Below are positions 33,112 to 46,680 of a stretch of DNA of 64,000 nt, in pieces. Origin of the DNA: the human T2T-CHM13v2.0 reference genome, Homo sapiens. The DNA is taken from contig CP068257.2 in NCBI GenBank assembly GCA_009914755.4, positions 43,552,001 to 43,616,000 on the forward strand, written 5' to 3'. The first letter of the stretch is position 1, and each line of letters opens with the position of its first letter. The notes below the pieces were generated by a model. It saw nothing but the letters and a program-made list of their open reading frames with translations, did not search any database and was not told where the DNA came from. Both the position numbers and the translations under genes were made by a program.

Positions 33112-35384
33112 CCCGGGCAGACATGATGGGGGGTGCAGGGGGCTGTGGGCATCCAGCGTCATCCTCCAGAACCTCACATCTGAACTGGGGGCAGGTGCAT
33201 ACCTTGGGGAGGGAGTAGGGGGACACGGGGGACCACCAGGTGTCCACGGTTGTCCCCAGCATCTCACATCAGACCTGGGGCAGGTGCGCAGTGTGGGGAG
33301 GGGATGGGGTGCGTCAGGGCCCAGCATCGCCGCCTGGCATCTCTCTGCCGCAGCATTTCCCCTTCTGAACCGTCCAGTGACTGCTTTCAATCTCGGTTTA
33401 CGTTTAGAAATTGAGTTCTACTGAGTAGGGCTTCCTTAAGTTTAGGAAAATAGAAATTACTTTGTGTGAAATTCTTGAATAAATAATTTATTCAGAGCTA
33501 GGAATGTGGTTTATAAAATAGGAAGTAATTGTGTCAGGTCACTTTTATGCCACATTATTTTAATTGCAAAAAAGCATCTATATATGGAGGAGGGTGGGAA
33601 AATAGAGGTAGGAAATAGTAGCCTAAAGGAAATCGCCACACGTCTGTCTAAACTTAGGTCTCTTTTCTCCGTAGGTACCTCCCTGGGTAGTTCCACACAC
33701 TAGGTTGTAACAGTCTCTCCCTGAGGAGCAGACTCCCAGCATGGTGTAGCGTGGCCCTGTCACGCACATGGGGTCCCGCAGCAGTGACTGTGTGTCCTGC
33801 AGAGGCGTGACCCAGGCCCCTGTAGCCCTCAGCCTCCTCTAGAAGCTTCTGTACTCCTTGTAGGATCAGATCATGGAAAACTTTTCTCAGTTTACTTCTA
33901 AGTAATCACAGATAATACATGGCCAGTAATCCCAGGCTGGCCATTCATTCAGGTTTTTTAAAGGATATTTAACTTTTATGGACTAGAAGGAATCACGAGG
34001 GCTACTGCACAATACATGGCCTAAGTTCCCTCTGTTCCTTCCTCTGAATCGAATGGATGTGGGTGACCGCCCGAAGGCCTTCACAGGATGGAAGTAGAAT
34101 GATTTCAGTAGATACTCATTCTTGGAAAATGCCATAGTTTTAAATTATTGTTTCCAGCTTTATCAAAGACATGTTTGAAAAATAAAAAGCATCCAAGTGA
34201 GAGCTGGTGAGACCACGTGCTGCTGGCGTAGTGTAGGCCAGACATTGACAGTCCTGACGGGAGCTCAGGGCTGCCCAGCGCCCAGCGTGCACGGGACGGC
34301 CCCACGACAGAGGGAGTCAGCCCGGGAGGTCAGGAGCGCGGCGGGCGAGGGCCCTGTGTGGACCACCTCCACCAAGCTCAGAGATTTGCACCAGGTGCCT
34401 TGTTGCCTCCGCTCAGGATGAAAGAGGAGCTGAGAGAAGTGCTCTGCCTGCCAGTGCAGTGCCCAGCTCCAAGGCTCTAGAGGGTGTTCAGGTGGGTCTC
34501 CTGGGGCCATGGGGAGAGATTGGTGCAGACCTTACCCCACAGCATACACCTGCCACAGCGAAATCCAGGGTGTTGGCACCTGTGTGTCCGTGATGAGCCT
34601 AGGAAACCAGAGCAGGGGCAGAGGGGCGTCATCCTCCCACCGGACGCTGGGAGCTCAGACCCCAAAACTGAAACACCGTGGCTTCGGCGGGGGGTGTGCC
34701 TCCTGATGTCAGGAGCCCCATCCACGTGTGTCCACACAGATCTCGTCGCAGCACGGCAGGAAGGGGTGCTGCTTAGGGCTCATTGTTGGGGACATGACCG
34801 GGTTCAGCGGCTAGAACATCTGCCCCACAGCAGCCTCCTCCTCCACCGAAGAGGGTAGTTGTCTCCCTGAAGCAGTCACAGCAGGCGTCTCTGCCGCTCC
34901 GTCACCACAGTGGGGTTTTGTTCAGGCAGATCGCGCTGGGGTTCTGCACCTGCAGAAGGAGAGGGGTCTGTTGTCGCTGGCTTTCCCCCAAGCAGGCTCT
35001 TGCACACTCTAGAAAAAACACCTTGTAAGTCTGTGCATTTTTATTGTCTTGATAAATTGTATTTTTTTCTAATGGGGATTGGGAGATGGACTTCGTTTTT
35101 AAAAATATGTGGATTTTGGTTACCAAGTTTAGTGTTAATATATTCCATATACATACAAAACTACCCGGTATGTCTGGCTTTTCCCTTCTGTCAGGTAATA
35201 GCTAAAGTCAGCATGATTGCTCCCTGTACCACCCCAAATAAGTGAGTGCCTCACCTTGTGGGGCCTGAGCAGCTACCTTGAGACCATGTGAGGTGGCACC
35301 TTTCCGGGGTGGACTCGTGCGGCCTTGAGGACAGGCACAGGGCACCCTATCCCAAGCCGTCCAGGCAGGAGGAAGGCAGCCAAG

Positions 35385-36782
35385 GCAACTGGGTTCTGGG
35401 AGCCCTGGGTGGGGCAGCTGTGGGGAGGAACTGGGTTCGGGGAGCCCTGGGCAGGGCGGCTGTGGGGAGGAACTGGGTTCGGGGAGCCCTGTCCGGCGGG
35501 GGGCTGTGGGGCGGGGAGCTGGGTTCGGGGAGCCCTGGGCGGGGTGGCTGTTGGGGGGAACTGGGTTCGGGGAGCCCTGGGCGGGGTGGCTTTTGGGGGG
35601 AACTGGGTTCGGGGAGCCCTGGGCGGGGTGGCTGTTGGGGGGAGCTGGGTTCGGGGAGCCCTGGGCGGGGTGGCTGTTGGGGGGAGCTGGGTTCGGGGAG
35701 CCCTGGGCGGGGCGGCTGTTGGGGGGAACTGGGTTCGGGGAGCCCTGGGTGGGGCGGCTGTGGGGAGGAACTGGTTTCGGGGAGCCCTGGGCGGGGGGGT
35801 GTAGGGGGGCGGCTGTGGGGGGGAACTGGTTTCGGGGAGCTCTGGGCGGGGCGGTTGTTGGGGGGAACTGGGTTCCGGGAGCCCTGGGCGGGGTGGCTTT
35901 TGGGGGGAACTGGGTTCGGGGAGCCCTGGGCGGGGTGGCTTTTGGGGGGAACTGGGTTCGGGGAGCCCTGGGCGGGGTGGCTTTTGGGGGGAACTGGGTT
36001 CGGGGAGCCCTGGGCGGGGCGGCTGTTGGGGGGAGCTGGGTTCGGGGAGCCCTGGGTGGGGCGGCTGTGGGGGAGAGCTGGTTTCGGGGAGCCCTGGGCG
36101 GGGCGGCTGTGGGGAGGAACTGGGTTCGGGGAGCCCTGGGCGGGGTGGCTGTTGGGGGGAGCTGGGTTCGGGGAGCCCTGGGCGGGGTGGCTGTTGGGGG
36201 GAGCTGGGTTCGGGGAGCCCTGGGCGGGGTGGCTGTTGGGGGGAGCTGGGTTCGGGGAGCCCTGGGCGGGGTGGCTGTTGGGGGGAGCTGGGTTCGGGGA
36301 GCCCTGGGCGGGGTGGCTGTTGGGGGGAGCTGGGTTCGGGGAGCCCTGGGCGGGGTGGCTGTTGGGGGGAGCTGGGTTCGGGGAGCCCTGGGCGGGGTGG
36401 CTGTTGGGGGGAGCTGGGTTCGGGGAGCCCTGGGCGGGGTGGCTGTTGGGGGGAGCTGGGTTCGGGGAGCCCTGGGCGGGGTGGCTGTTGGGGGGAGCTG
36501 GGTTCGGGGAGCCCTGGGCAGGGGGGTGTAGGGGGGCGGCTGTGGGGGGGAACTGGGTTCGGGGAGCCCTGGGCGGGGCGGCTGTTGGGGGGAACTGGGT
36601 TCGGGGTGCCCTGGGCAGGGGGCTACTGGGGGGCGGCTGTGAGGAGGAGTTGGGTTCAGGGAGCCCTGGGCGGGGTGGCTGTCGGGGGGAACTGGGTTCC
36701 GGGAGCCCTGGGCCGGGGCGGGGGGCGGCTGTAGGAAGGAACTGGTTTCGGGGAGCCCTGGGCGGGGCGGCTGTGGGGAGGA
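35385..36782 (+). repeat. Minisatellite/VNTR with a 42-bp unit, about 33 copies. Consensus ggggagccctgggcggggtggctgttggggggagctgggttc (G-rich on the + / mRNA strand).
   Basis: Direct reading of the sequence. 42-bp periodicity with a few variant units. It generates the spurious 541-aa (minus) and 511/341-aa (plus) ORFs made of PRAPRTQLPPTATPP / GFGEPWAGWLLGG repeats. Confidence 0.95.
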
Positions 36783-37086
36783 AGGTGACGTGCAGGGGAC
36801 CAGAGGCTCTGCACTGCTCCTAGGACAGCTCATCTGTAATCAGAAAAAAAATAAATAAAATACAGAACGCTGACTCCTCCGTGAGACAGATCGGGGACCT
36901 TAGCACTTTAATCCCTCCCTTCTGAGCGCTCGGTGTGCACTTTTAGACTATAGCTGTTTCATTGACGTGTCACTCTCCATCCAGTGTCCTTGATGTGGCT
37001 TTTAGAGACTTAGCAGAAAATTCGACACAAGCAGGAACTTGATTTTTTAAGAAAAAATATTACATTTTGAGGACATTTTGACAAGT

Positions 37087-37106
37087 AGGGGAAGAGAGGG
37101 CTTCTG
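37087..37106. repeat. (TTTG)5 microsatellite in the presumed 3' UTR.
   Basis: Direct reading of the sequence. Confidence 0.9.
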
Positions 37107-40100
37107 TTGTTTTGTTTTGTTTTGTTAACTAAACCTGAAGTATTAATTCCACAAAGACACTGTCCCTCAGGACCACTCAGGTACAGCTCTGCCAGGGACA
37201 GAGTCCTGCTAGTGGGAGGTCTCAGGTGGGGCGGTGTGTTCTGTGCCATGAGGCAGCGACAGGTCCAGATGGATGTCGTCACCACCTTCCTCAGCTCTCA
37301 TCACCTGGTCGTACGCCAGGCCCACCTCTTCCCAGCAAGGGACGCCAAAGAACTGCAGTTTTTATTCTGAGTCTTAATTTAACTTTTCATCATCTTTTCC
37401 TATTTTGGAGAATTTTTTGTAATTAAAAGCAATTATTTTAAAATGTGCAAGCCAGTATCTCACAAGGCATGGATTTCTGTGGAATTTATTTTTATTCAAA
37501 TAACCATATTTATCTCCAGGCTGTGGAATCGCCACTTTCTTTGTGAAGACAGTGTCTCTCCTTGTAATCTCACACAGGTACACTGAGGAGGGGACGGCTC
37601 CGTCTTCACATTGTGCACAGATCTGAGGATGGGATTAGCGAAGCTGTGGAGACTGCACATCCGGACCTGCCCATGTCTCAAAACAAACACATGTACAGTG
37701 GCTCTTTTTCCTTCTCAAACACTTTACCCCAGAAGCAGGTGGTCTGCCCCAGGCATAAAGAAGGAAAATTGGCCATCTTTCCCACCTCTAAATTCTGTAA
37801 AATTATAGACTTGCTCAAAAGATTCCTTTTGATCATCCCCACGCTGTGTAAGTGGAAAGGGCATTGTGTTCCGTGTGTGTCCAGTTTACAGCGTCTCTGC
37901 CCCCTAGCGTGTTTTGTGACAATCTCCCTGGGTGAGGAGTGGGTGCACCCAGCCCCGAGGCCAGTGGTTGCTCGGGGCCTTCCGTGTGAGTTCTAGTGTT
38001 CACTTGATGCCGGGGAATAGAATTAGAGAAAACTCTGACCTGCCGGGTTCCAGGGACTGGTGGAGGTGGATGGCAGGTCCGACTCGACCATGACTTAGTT
38101 GTAAGGGTGTGTCGGCTTTTCCAGTCTCATGTGAAAATCCTCCTGTCTCTGGCAGCACTGTCTGCACTTTCTTGTTTACTGTTTGAAGGGACGAGTACCA
38201 AGCCACAAGAACACTTCTTTTGGCCACAGCATAAGCTGATGGTATGTAAGGAACCGATGGGCCATTAAACATGAACTGAACGGTTAAAAGCACAGTCTAT
38301 GGAACGCTAATGGAGTCAGCCCCTAAAGCTGTTTGCTTTTTCAGGCTTTGGATTACATGCTTTTAATTTGATTTTAGAATCTGGACACTTTCTATGAATG
38401 TAATTCGGCTGAGAAACATGTTGCTGAGATGCAATCCTCAGTGTTCTCTGTATGTAAATCTGTGTATACACCACACGTTACAACTGCATGAGCTTCCTCT
38501 CGCACAAGACCAGCTGGAACTGAGCATGAGACGCTGTCAAATACAGACAAAGGATTTGAGATGTTCTCAATAAAAAGAAAATGTTTCACTACTCTGGTGT
38601 TGCTGAGACTTTCTTTTCCTTTCAAATTATTTCTGCCCTTGGCTCCACTAGCAGGCCTGGGGATGGACACCCACATGCATAACCTGAAAAGGTGGCTGAG
38701 TCCCGCCCAAGAGCTGCAGCTCTGCCTCCACGTGGTCTTGTCACCTGCTGTGCTTGCACCAGTGCTACTGGAATTTCCCCACCTTGGGACAGTCTCCCCT
38801 CAGTCCCCACCCCTGTTAGATTCTTGACTTCACTGTCTTCCTGGAGAGCGTGTTGGCGCCTCTCCTATATATAAGGTGGTGTAGAGGAAAAGTAGGCAGC
38901 TGCCCCACTCCCATCCTGCATATAAAATGGATGTTGACACATGCCCGTGTGACTCGTTACCCTCACGTTACTTGTGGCTAGAACACAGGAAGAACCTACA
39001 CACTCAATAAGAGGCAAGGGTGACACGGGTGCTGGGGTGCAGTGAAAAAAACCAGGTGCTAAGTGCCACCATAGAACTATGTTATTTCTAATTACAACAC
39101 TGGAAGGACAGTCACAATAAGTGGAAAGTTGGCAGCAAAGCGGCATTTCCGTGTCGTGGCTGTAACAGTGTATATATGCTTCACGTACTGTACGAGCACA
39201 GGTGGGCCAGGCTGTCTAAGGAGGGAGTCTGGCCGTGGTCTGTGGACATGGGATTTGAGATGGTTTTGATTTTGTGTTCTTATGTGAAAAGCATATCCGT
39301 TTGTCTGATGTTTCTACAATTAAATGAAAAACAAATATAGGAAAATATTTTGAAAAGTCAAAAGCATCATACAAGTAATAAAAAAAGCACTATTACAGAC
39401 AGGTAACTTGATTTTCTCATTTGCATCAATTTTGAAACTATTTCATTTCCCACAATAAAAACGTTAAAATATGTTGCAGCAAAAACAAGCTTCAGAGAAA
39501 AGAATGAAGGGAACCCTCTCCCTGATGAGTGAATCCTTTGAACAGTGATTCTTCGGGAGCTGCCTCGGGGGCCACACCAGATGGAATACTCGGACTCACT
39601 ATTCTGTCATGGAACTGGGGAAATGTCCGAATTTGACCACGTAAGATGAAAGTTTTGCTTTTTACGAGATACTGTATAGTGAATCTCGTAGAGCCTGGCT
39701 GTAAATGTTGAGGTTCTCGAGCTTTTATTCAGTACATGCGTAATGAAGGCCGACCCGGAAGGCACTATTTCAGGTGCTTGGAACAGGTCGGTGAACACAA
39801 CACAGACTCCCCCCCAAATAGCTGCTGCTCTGCAGGAAAGCAAATAACACACCAGACGCCAGTGTCAGGGAATGGTGCCTGGGAAGAAAGAAAAAGCAGG
39901 TGAGGATAGTGCAGTGGGGCGGGCTGCAATGGTAAGTACTGGGATCAGAGTAGCCTCACAGAGAAGGCTTGCAAGGCAGATGGTCAGCCAGAGGGGGCCT
40001 GGCGAGCCCGGGGCACTGGACCAGGCATCAGCGTGCCACTGCTGGAGGCTGCAGTGCCAGGAACCTGGCCCACCAGTAGGTGAACGCAGCTGTTATTTAA

Positions 40101-40817
40101 CGTCACATTTGATAAACTCAGAATGATATTAAAAACAAAGGTAAACACTCGAAACTCGTCACTTCCTACTTTTTGCTGCATTTTACTGCAATCTGTGTTC
40201 TTACTGTGTGCATACTCTGCAATGGTGGGCACGCCCCTCCTAGGCTGCGTTTGGGAACTCACATCAGTAGCTTGGAATCAGTTGTGGTGGGAGGTTTCAC
40301 ACCACTGGTACCCACAGACACGGTGACTCAAGGCTTGACTCACTGTTGTGATTGTCTCTAGACCTAGCAAGGGATGGAGGAAGATGCAGATCAAACTGCA
40401 AATGTAGCTGTTACATTGTGAATGGCACAGAAAATTGAAGAAACTGTCTCACAGCCTCTGGAAACTGTTATCTACTTAAGCAAAGAAGTCACTCAGTCAC
40501 TGAACAAGTGAAGCTCTGGCATTCGTCCTGCTGCTTCGCCTTCATCTGACTCATCGGTGAAAACATCCCCAGCATTCTTGTCAGAACCACACTCATTCAT
40601 CAGCTGCAACCCTGTGTTGGCTTCAGATGTAGGGCTCAGCAAGACTCAATGAAAGCATTCCATAAAAACTGGCTCTGTGGGATTTACAACAGTACTGTCT
40701 ATTTTATTCATGTTTTTAAGTTGCATGCTGCTCCTTTTATATCTGTAACATGTACAGTACGCTTATGTACACATATGTGTGCCCACACTGGAGCAGGGTA
40801 GCCTGTTTAGCATTTAC

Positions 40818-40912
40818 TAGCACACCACTGGGTCCCAGATGTCCTTGGGAACAGATCAAGGCAGTGCAAAGGCCCTGTGCTGGTGAGGGGCTGAAAGTTG
40901 GTGGGAACTAAT
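40818..40912 (+). repeat. Left arm of a perfect 95-bp inverted repeat.
   Basis: The reverse complement of 41505-41599 is identical at 95/95 positions, checked base by base. Confidence 0.95.
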
Positions 40913-41504
40913 CAGCCTCTGGCAGGTGCCTCCCCCATCCCACCCTCCAGGACTGGTGAGATTGGTCTGTGTGGTACAGCTGCAGGAGAAAAAAGTGTGA
41001 GGCCAGACCTGAGGGATGAGGAGTGAGTGTGGGTTTCTGCTGGCCCACCTCCCGCTATGCCCTCAGGCACTGAGGTCCCACCTTCTGCCTTCTGGCCAAG
41101 CAGCCAATGCCTCCAGGGGAAAATGACCTCATAAGGAGAAATGAGAAATCTGCAGAGCACAACTATCTAAAGCTCAAAATGGTAATACTGAATAGAGATC
41201 CTATTAGAATAGATTCTAGCGTTTTAGAACACAGTCCAGGAAGAGATCAGAAAACAGAACCAAGCAGAATTTGAAAAAGTGAACACAACAGATGAACTAC
41301 ATAGTGGAATGAACTTACCATTGGAAGACCACATGGAAAAGGAGAGGGTAACAAAAAAGAAAATATAGAAATACTAAAATATTTGGCTGATAGAAGTGCT
41401 AACATCTGGCTAATATAATGTTCATGGACTTTGCCACACCCACAGACTGAAGGCATCACAGATGAAAGGATGTGTCTGAGACGGGCTTAAAACAGCAACA
41501 GCAG

Positions 41505-41598
41505 TTAGTTCCCACCAACTTTCAGCCCCTCACCAGCACAGGGCCTTTGCACTGCCTTGATCTGTTCCCAAGGACATCTGGGACCCAGTGGTGTGCTA

Positions 41599-41599
<1 letters not shown>
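41505..41599 (-). repeat. Right arm of the perfect 95-bp inverted repeat. The spacer is 592 bp (40913-41504). The arm ends exactly where a 5'-truncated Alu begins (about 41599).
   Basis: See the left arm. Flanking bases on both sides break the symmetry immediately. Confidence 0.95.
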
Positions 41600-42333
<734 letters not shown>

Positions 42334-42813
42334 CTAGCATAGACTTTTTAAAATGCCATTTATTTGGTACTCTAAGGACTCGTGGGATTTTTTTTCACAC
42401 AAAAGCAACAACTTTTAGTGCTGTAAAATGTAAATTGTCCAAATTAAAGAAAATAAGAAAAATATCAGGAAGCTTTTAAAATTGCAATCATTTACTTCCT
42501 TAGAGAGTCATTTTAAATGTATTTTTGTGGAAACAAGTACTTTATACATCAGCTGAATCTTATGTTGTTCTCCCTGGTCGATTTTCTTTCCTAGCACTGA
42601 TTAATGACATTTGCATTTGTTTATCTGTCCCACTATGAAATGCAGACATCAGGGGGTGAGAGGCATTGGTTTGTTCATGGCTATTCACTTGGCACAAGCC
42701 TGCTATGTTGCAGATATTAAATAAATATATTCTGTATTAATTTTAAAAGTTCCCAGACATACCATGCGTCAGAGCTTTGCCACCTGGGAAGCAGGTTTGC
42801 ATGAGATGCTTAA

Positions 42814-43190
<377 letters not shown>

Positions 43191-43218
43191 TGCGGTGGTT
43201 CTTAAAAAGCTAAAGTCA

Positions 43219-43528
43219 GGCCAGACACGGTGGCTCACGCCTGTCATCCCAGCACTTTGGGAGGCCGAGGTGGGTGGATTGCCTGAGCTCAGGAGTTTGA
43301 GACCAGCCTGGCCAACATGGCGAAACCCTGTCTCTACTAAAAATACAAAACATTAGCCGGGCATGGTGGCATGCACCTGTAATCCCAGCTACTCGGGAGG
43401 TTGAGGCACGAGAATCGCTTGAACCTGGGAGGCGGAGGTTGCACTGTGAGCCGAGATTGCGCCACTGCACTCCAGCCTGGGGGACAGAGTGAGACTCCGT
43501 CTCAAAAAAAAAAAAAAAAAAAAAAAAA
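43219..43528 (+). mobile_element. Alu (+) with an A26 tail.
   Basis: Alu consensus. Confidence 0.92.
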
Positions 43529-43867
43529 GTGAAAGAAAACAACACACATCTTTAATAACCCAGAATTTAGTCTGGGTAATATCAACGTGATAAGGCCAGG
43601 GCGACATGGAGACCCAAGTATATGAGAGTACGTCTCAGTCTCTGTCCCACTGGGGCACAGATGGGAATCTCCATTATTTTTCTAATGAACAAAGGTCAAA
43701 GATTTTATGTTAATCATTATAAAATCTGTTAATAAGGGAAGTGGTAAGATGTTAAAATTGACTCCGTTGACAAATTGACTAACTCTAATAGATTAAATGA
43801 ATTAGGGCTTTTATCTGCTTGTCCCAGGCAGAAAACAGTAGGGCCAAAACAGAAGTCAATAACCGGT

Positions 43868-43978
43868 GGATAATTTTGTCTGACCTCATGAATATTGAAT
43901 GCTTCATGAATACTGAATGCCTCATGAATATTGAATGTCTTATGAATACTGAATGCCTTATGAATACTGAATACCTCT
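43868..43978. repeat. Tandem repeat with a roughly 19-bp unit x about 6. Unit tcatgaatactgaatgcct.
   Basis: Direct reading of the sequence. Explains the mirrored ORFs 43785..43991 (-) and 43819..44076 (+). Confidence 0.9.
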
Positions 43979-44645
43979 CTGATGCTCCCATTTTCTCTCC
44001 ACAGTCTACTGGCTCATGTGTCTCACAGGCTACTGGCCTGTCTGCTCATTTCTCTTATTTTCTATGGATGAGTTGAATACTCTTAGATACTCATAAACAA
44101 TACTGCAGACACACCTTACACTTTGTCAGCTACGGGATTTGTTAGTTTTCCACATTATGTTGATTCTTTCCTTCTAGGACTTAGAGTGAAGACACATTGG
44201 ACCTTTCATGCTATCTACCACTTGGGTCAGTTATGAAGCTTTATCTCTCAGTTCCAAATTCAATATTTACGTTCCGCTTTATAATATTGAGGCTGGGACC
44301 CTGCAAATATGATGTTCCCATTCTCTGCTGGCTTTATATTCTGCCAAAGGTAGTACAAGAGGGACCATGGCAGACAGGATGAGGGAGAAGGTGATTTCCT
44401 GCCATTTGCTTGCTGTTGCTGCTCAGCCGCAGTGCTTCTGCAACTGCAAAGCTGCTATTGGTTCTCATCAGCAGGTTGCTTTGGAGTCTCACTGCCCGCC
44501 TTCACAGGTGCCAGTAGCAGGACAGCAGCACTCCACCTCAGAGGCTGAGGTCCAGCTCTGCACAGCCCCTCCTGAACTTCTGTAATACGTAGCAAAATTA
44601 ATGGGGGAGGGTTTATAAATGACTTTTATACTTGATTTTTTTAAT

Positions 44646-44912
44646 AAGAGATGGGGTCTCTGTCACCCAGGCTGGAGTGGAGTAGCACAACCGTAGTCCA
44701 CTGCAGCCTCAAACTCCTGGGCTCCTCCCACCCCAGCCTCTTGAGTAGCTGGGACTACAGGTGCATGCTACCACACCCAGCTAATTTTTAAATTTTTTGT
44801 AGGAGTCTTGCCATCTTTCTCAGACTAGTTTCGAACTCCTGGGCTCAAGTGATCCTCCTACCTTGGCCTTCCAAACAGCTAGGATTACAGGTGTGAGCCA
44901 CTGCACCTGGCC
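44646..44912 (-). mobile_element. Alu (-), older and diverged (AluJ-like).
   Basis: Alu consensus with many substitutions. Confidence 0.8.
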
Positions 44913-46239
44913 TATAGTTGATTCTTATTTAGTGTTTTGCTCCTAAAAGTAATGTTCAATAAACATATACACACAAGTCCTCACTTAGTACATGACCTGA
45001 ACATTTACCCACATGCTTCATTAAAGTGTTACAAATTAAGTAAGAAGAGTGGTATATAGATGTATTTTCTTGTAATGGCATATCATAAAGTGGGTCAATT
45101 AATTATATTAGCTCTACACGTCTTAAATCATAACTTTATTGCTTTTGGTAATTTAATAAGATGTCCTCTATAATTTATTTCTCAGTGGTTTTCTTTTTTT
45201 AATATCCTTGAAAAAGCATGCTAACACTTTTATTTCAATTGAAAAAGTAGGTCAGACTTTTCCTGACGAAAAATGTCTAATTTGGTTCACTGGTTTGACA
45301 AGGAGGATTAGGGTATATGGAGGACATCTGCCATAAATAGAATGAACTACATCTTCAAGGATTCAATGAAAACACATTTAAAATAATAGTATAATAAAAG
45401 CATTTTATCAAAAATATTAAATTGGCCCCAAAAAGCAATGAAATTAACAACATTTTAATGTTCTCAACCCCCTCAAACTATATTAGATTAAATAAGGTGA
45501 CAGAGAATCAGGGATAAACGACAGTCCCTTGATAAACTGAGACAAGGACAGCCTCTTAGTAAATGTTCCAGAAATTGAGACTGACTGGATAACACATCCT
45601 TTGGCAAGTCAAGTAGTTTCTAATCCTTTGCTTTCAAAACACTTGAATGAAAAACCGAGTTGATAGCTGATAAAGCATTAAACTAATTTTTACAGTTTTA
45701 AAATTTCAGATCATCATCGGATTTAGGAACTATTACTCAGAAGAGTTCAGAACACAATTGAGGGCCATTGCTATACTATACCTCCTTATCTACATATTCA
45801 TGCAAACAAAGTTTCCTAACATGGTCTATAAAAATGAAGAGAAAAATATACTTGAGACTGAAGCCTGCCTCACTGGAGCTGAGTCCTCCTGTTCCTTGAG
45901 TGTGGGAACCAATCGGCTGGAAAAACAGCCCCACTCTTCTCATTAACGAGGCAGTTTCAATCAAATGTGTTTATGTGTTAATAGTTATCTATCAGTTTGT
46001 AACATACATATGTTTTCTGAAAAACTGAAGTGATACTACTTGTGAAAATAACTCAGGAGATATTAAAAGCTTTTGATCACAAAATAAATTTTAAATTTTT
46101 GACCCCATTTAAAGCTTTTTGTTGTAGAGAAGTAGGGCGAGGTAAGCACAAAAGACTTCCAGGAGGCAAAGTAGATGGCACTGGGGTCAAATTTTGTGAC
46201 AGAAGCCGAATCACGTCCAGGAACGACCAAAACTTCCAA

Positions 46240-46680
46240 AGGAGCAAAAGCTAGTCCTTTTGCGGGGGCGCAGGCAGAAGCGGCGGCAGAAGCGGCGGCA
46301 GAAGCGGCAGGCGGAAGCGGCAGGCGGAAGCGGCAGGCGGAAGCGGAAGGCGTCCATCTTTACCGTGTTCAGACCCGGATGAGTCCTAGTCCCCGCCACA
46401 CACAGGTCGTGGGTTCTCCTTTGAGAGTGACCACTGGTTCCTAGAGCTTTTCCTAAACTGGAGACGGATCCTGCCCTGGGGGTCTCAGTCACCGCGAGGA
46501 CTCGAGGGTAACTGCCAGAGGTCCCAGGTGGCCCGAGGTGATGCCGGGCGCAGGGAGGGGCTGGGGCGGAGAGAGGGCTGGGGTTTGGGGCCGTGTCGGG
46601 GATGAGTGGTGAGGGGTGCCCAGAAGGGGGAGGCAGAGGTTGGTGTGGCCACGGTGGAAGGAGCCACAAACGTGGACATG
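46240..46680. promoter_or_regulatory. Candidate CpG island of about 440 bp. By hand count about 30 CpG, GC roughly 64%, obs/exp roughly 0.7-0.8. Possible promoter of a downstream non-coding transcript. A strong consensus 5' splice site caaagg|gtaagt lies at 46952-46963 on the + strand.
   Basis: Hand count of CpG in the sequence. The promoter role is inference. The region is intergenic, about 13 kb past the ADARB1 stop codon. Confidence 0.35.
46266..46350. repeat. GC-rich short tandem arrays, (gcagaagcggcg)x3 followed by (gcaggcggaagcg)x3, inside a CpG-rich block.
   Basis: Direct reading of the sequence. Confidence 0.85.

Larger units (their letters stand above)
33112..37450 (+). other. ADARB1: Presumed ADARB1 3' UTR. 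The distal end is uncertain. Candidate poly(A) signals at 33478-33483 (AATAAA), 36850-36859 (overlapping AATAAA x2), 37422-37427 (ATTAAA), and further ATTAAA/AATAAA near 39317 and 39456.
   Basis: Immediately follows the stop codon. A 4.3-kb Alu-free, non-coding stretch stands out against the Alu-dense flanks. Hexamers are followed by GT/T-rich tracts. The exact cleavage site cannot be fixed from sequence alone. Confidence 0.45.

Noticed and set aside
32873-33424. 183-aa plus-strand ORF overlapping the last ADARB1 exon.
   Set aside because: It is in the wrong frame (frame 2) relative to the verified ADAR2 coding frame (frame 1). It runs through the true stop codon into the GC-rich 3' UTR.
35208-36833. 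541-aa minus-strand ORF and 511/341/159-aa plus-strand ORFs, the longest ORFs in the window.
   Set aside because: They sit entirely on the 42-bp minisatellite. The translation is a low-complexity periodic peptide (PRAPRTQLPPTATPP / GFGEPWAGWLLGG), open in several frames on both strands, inside a 3' UTR. This is a repeat artefact, not a gene.
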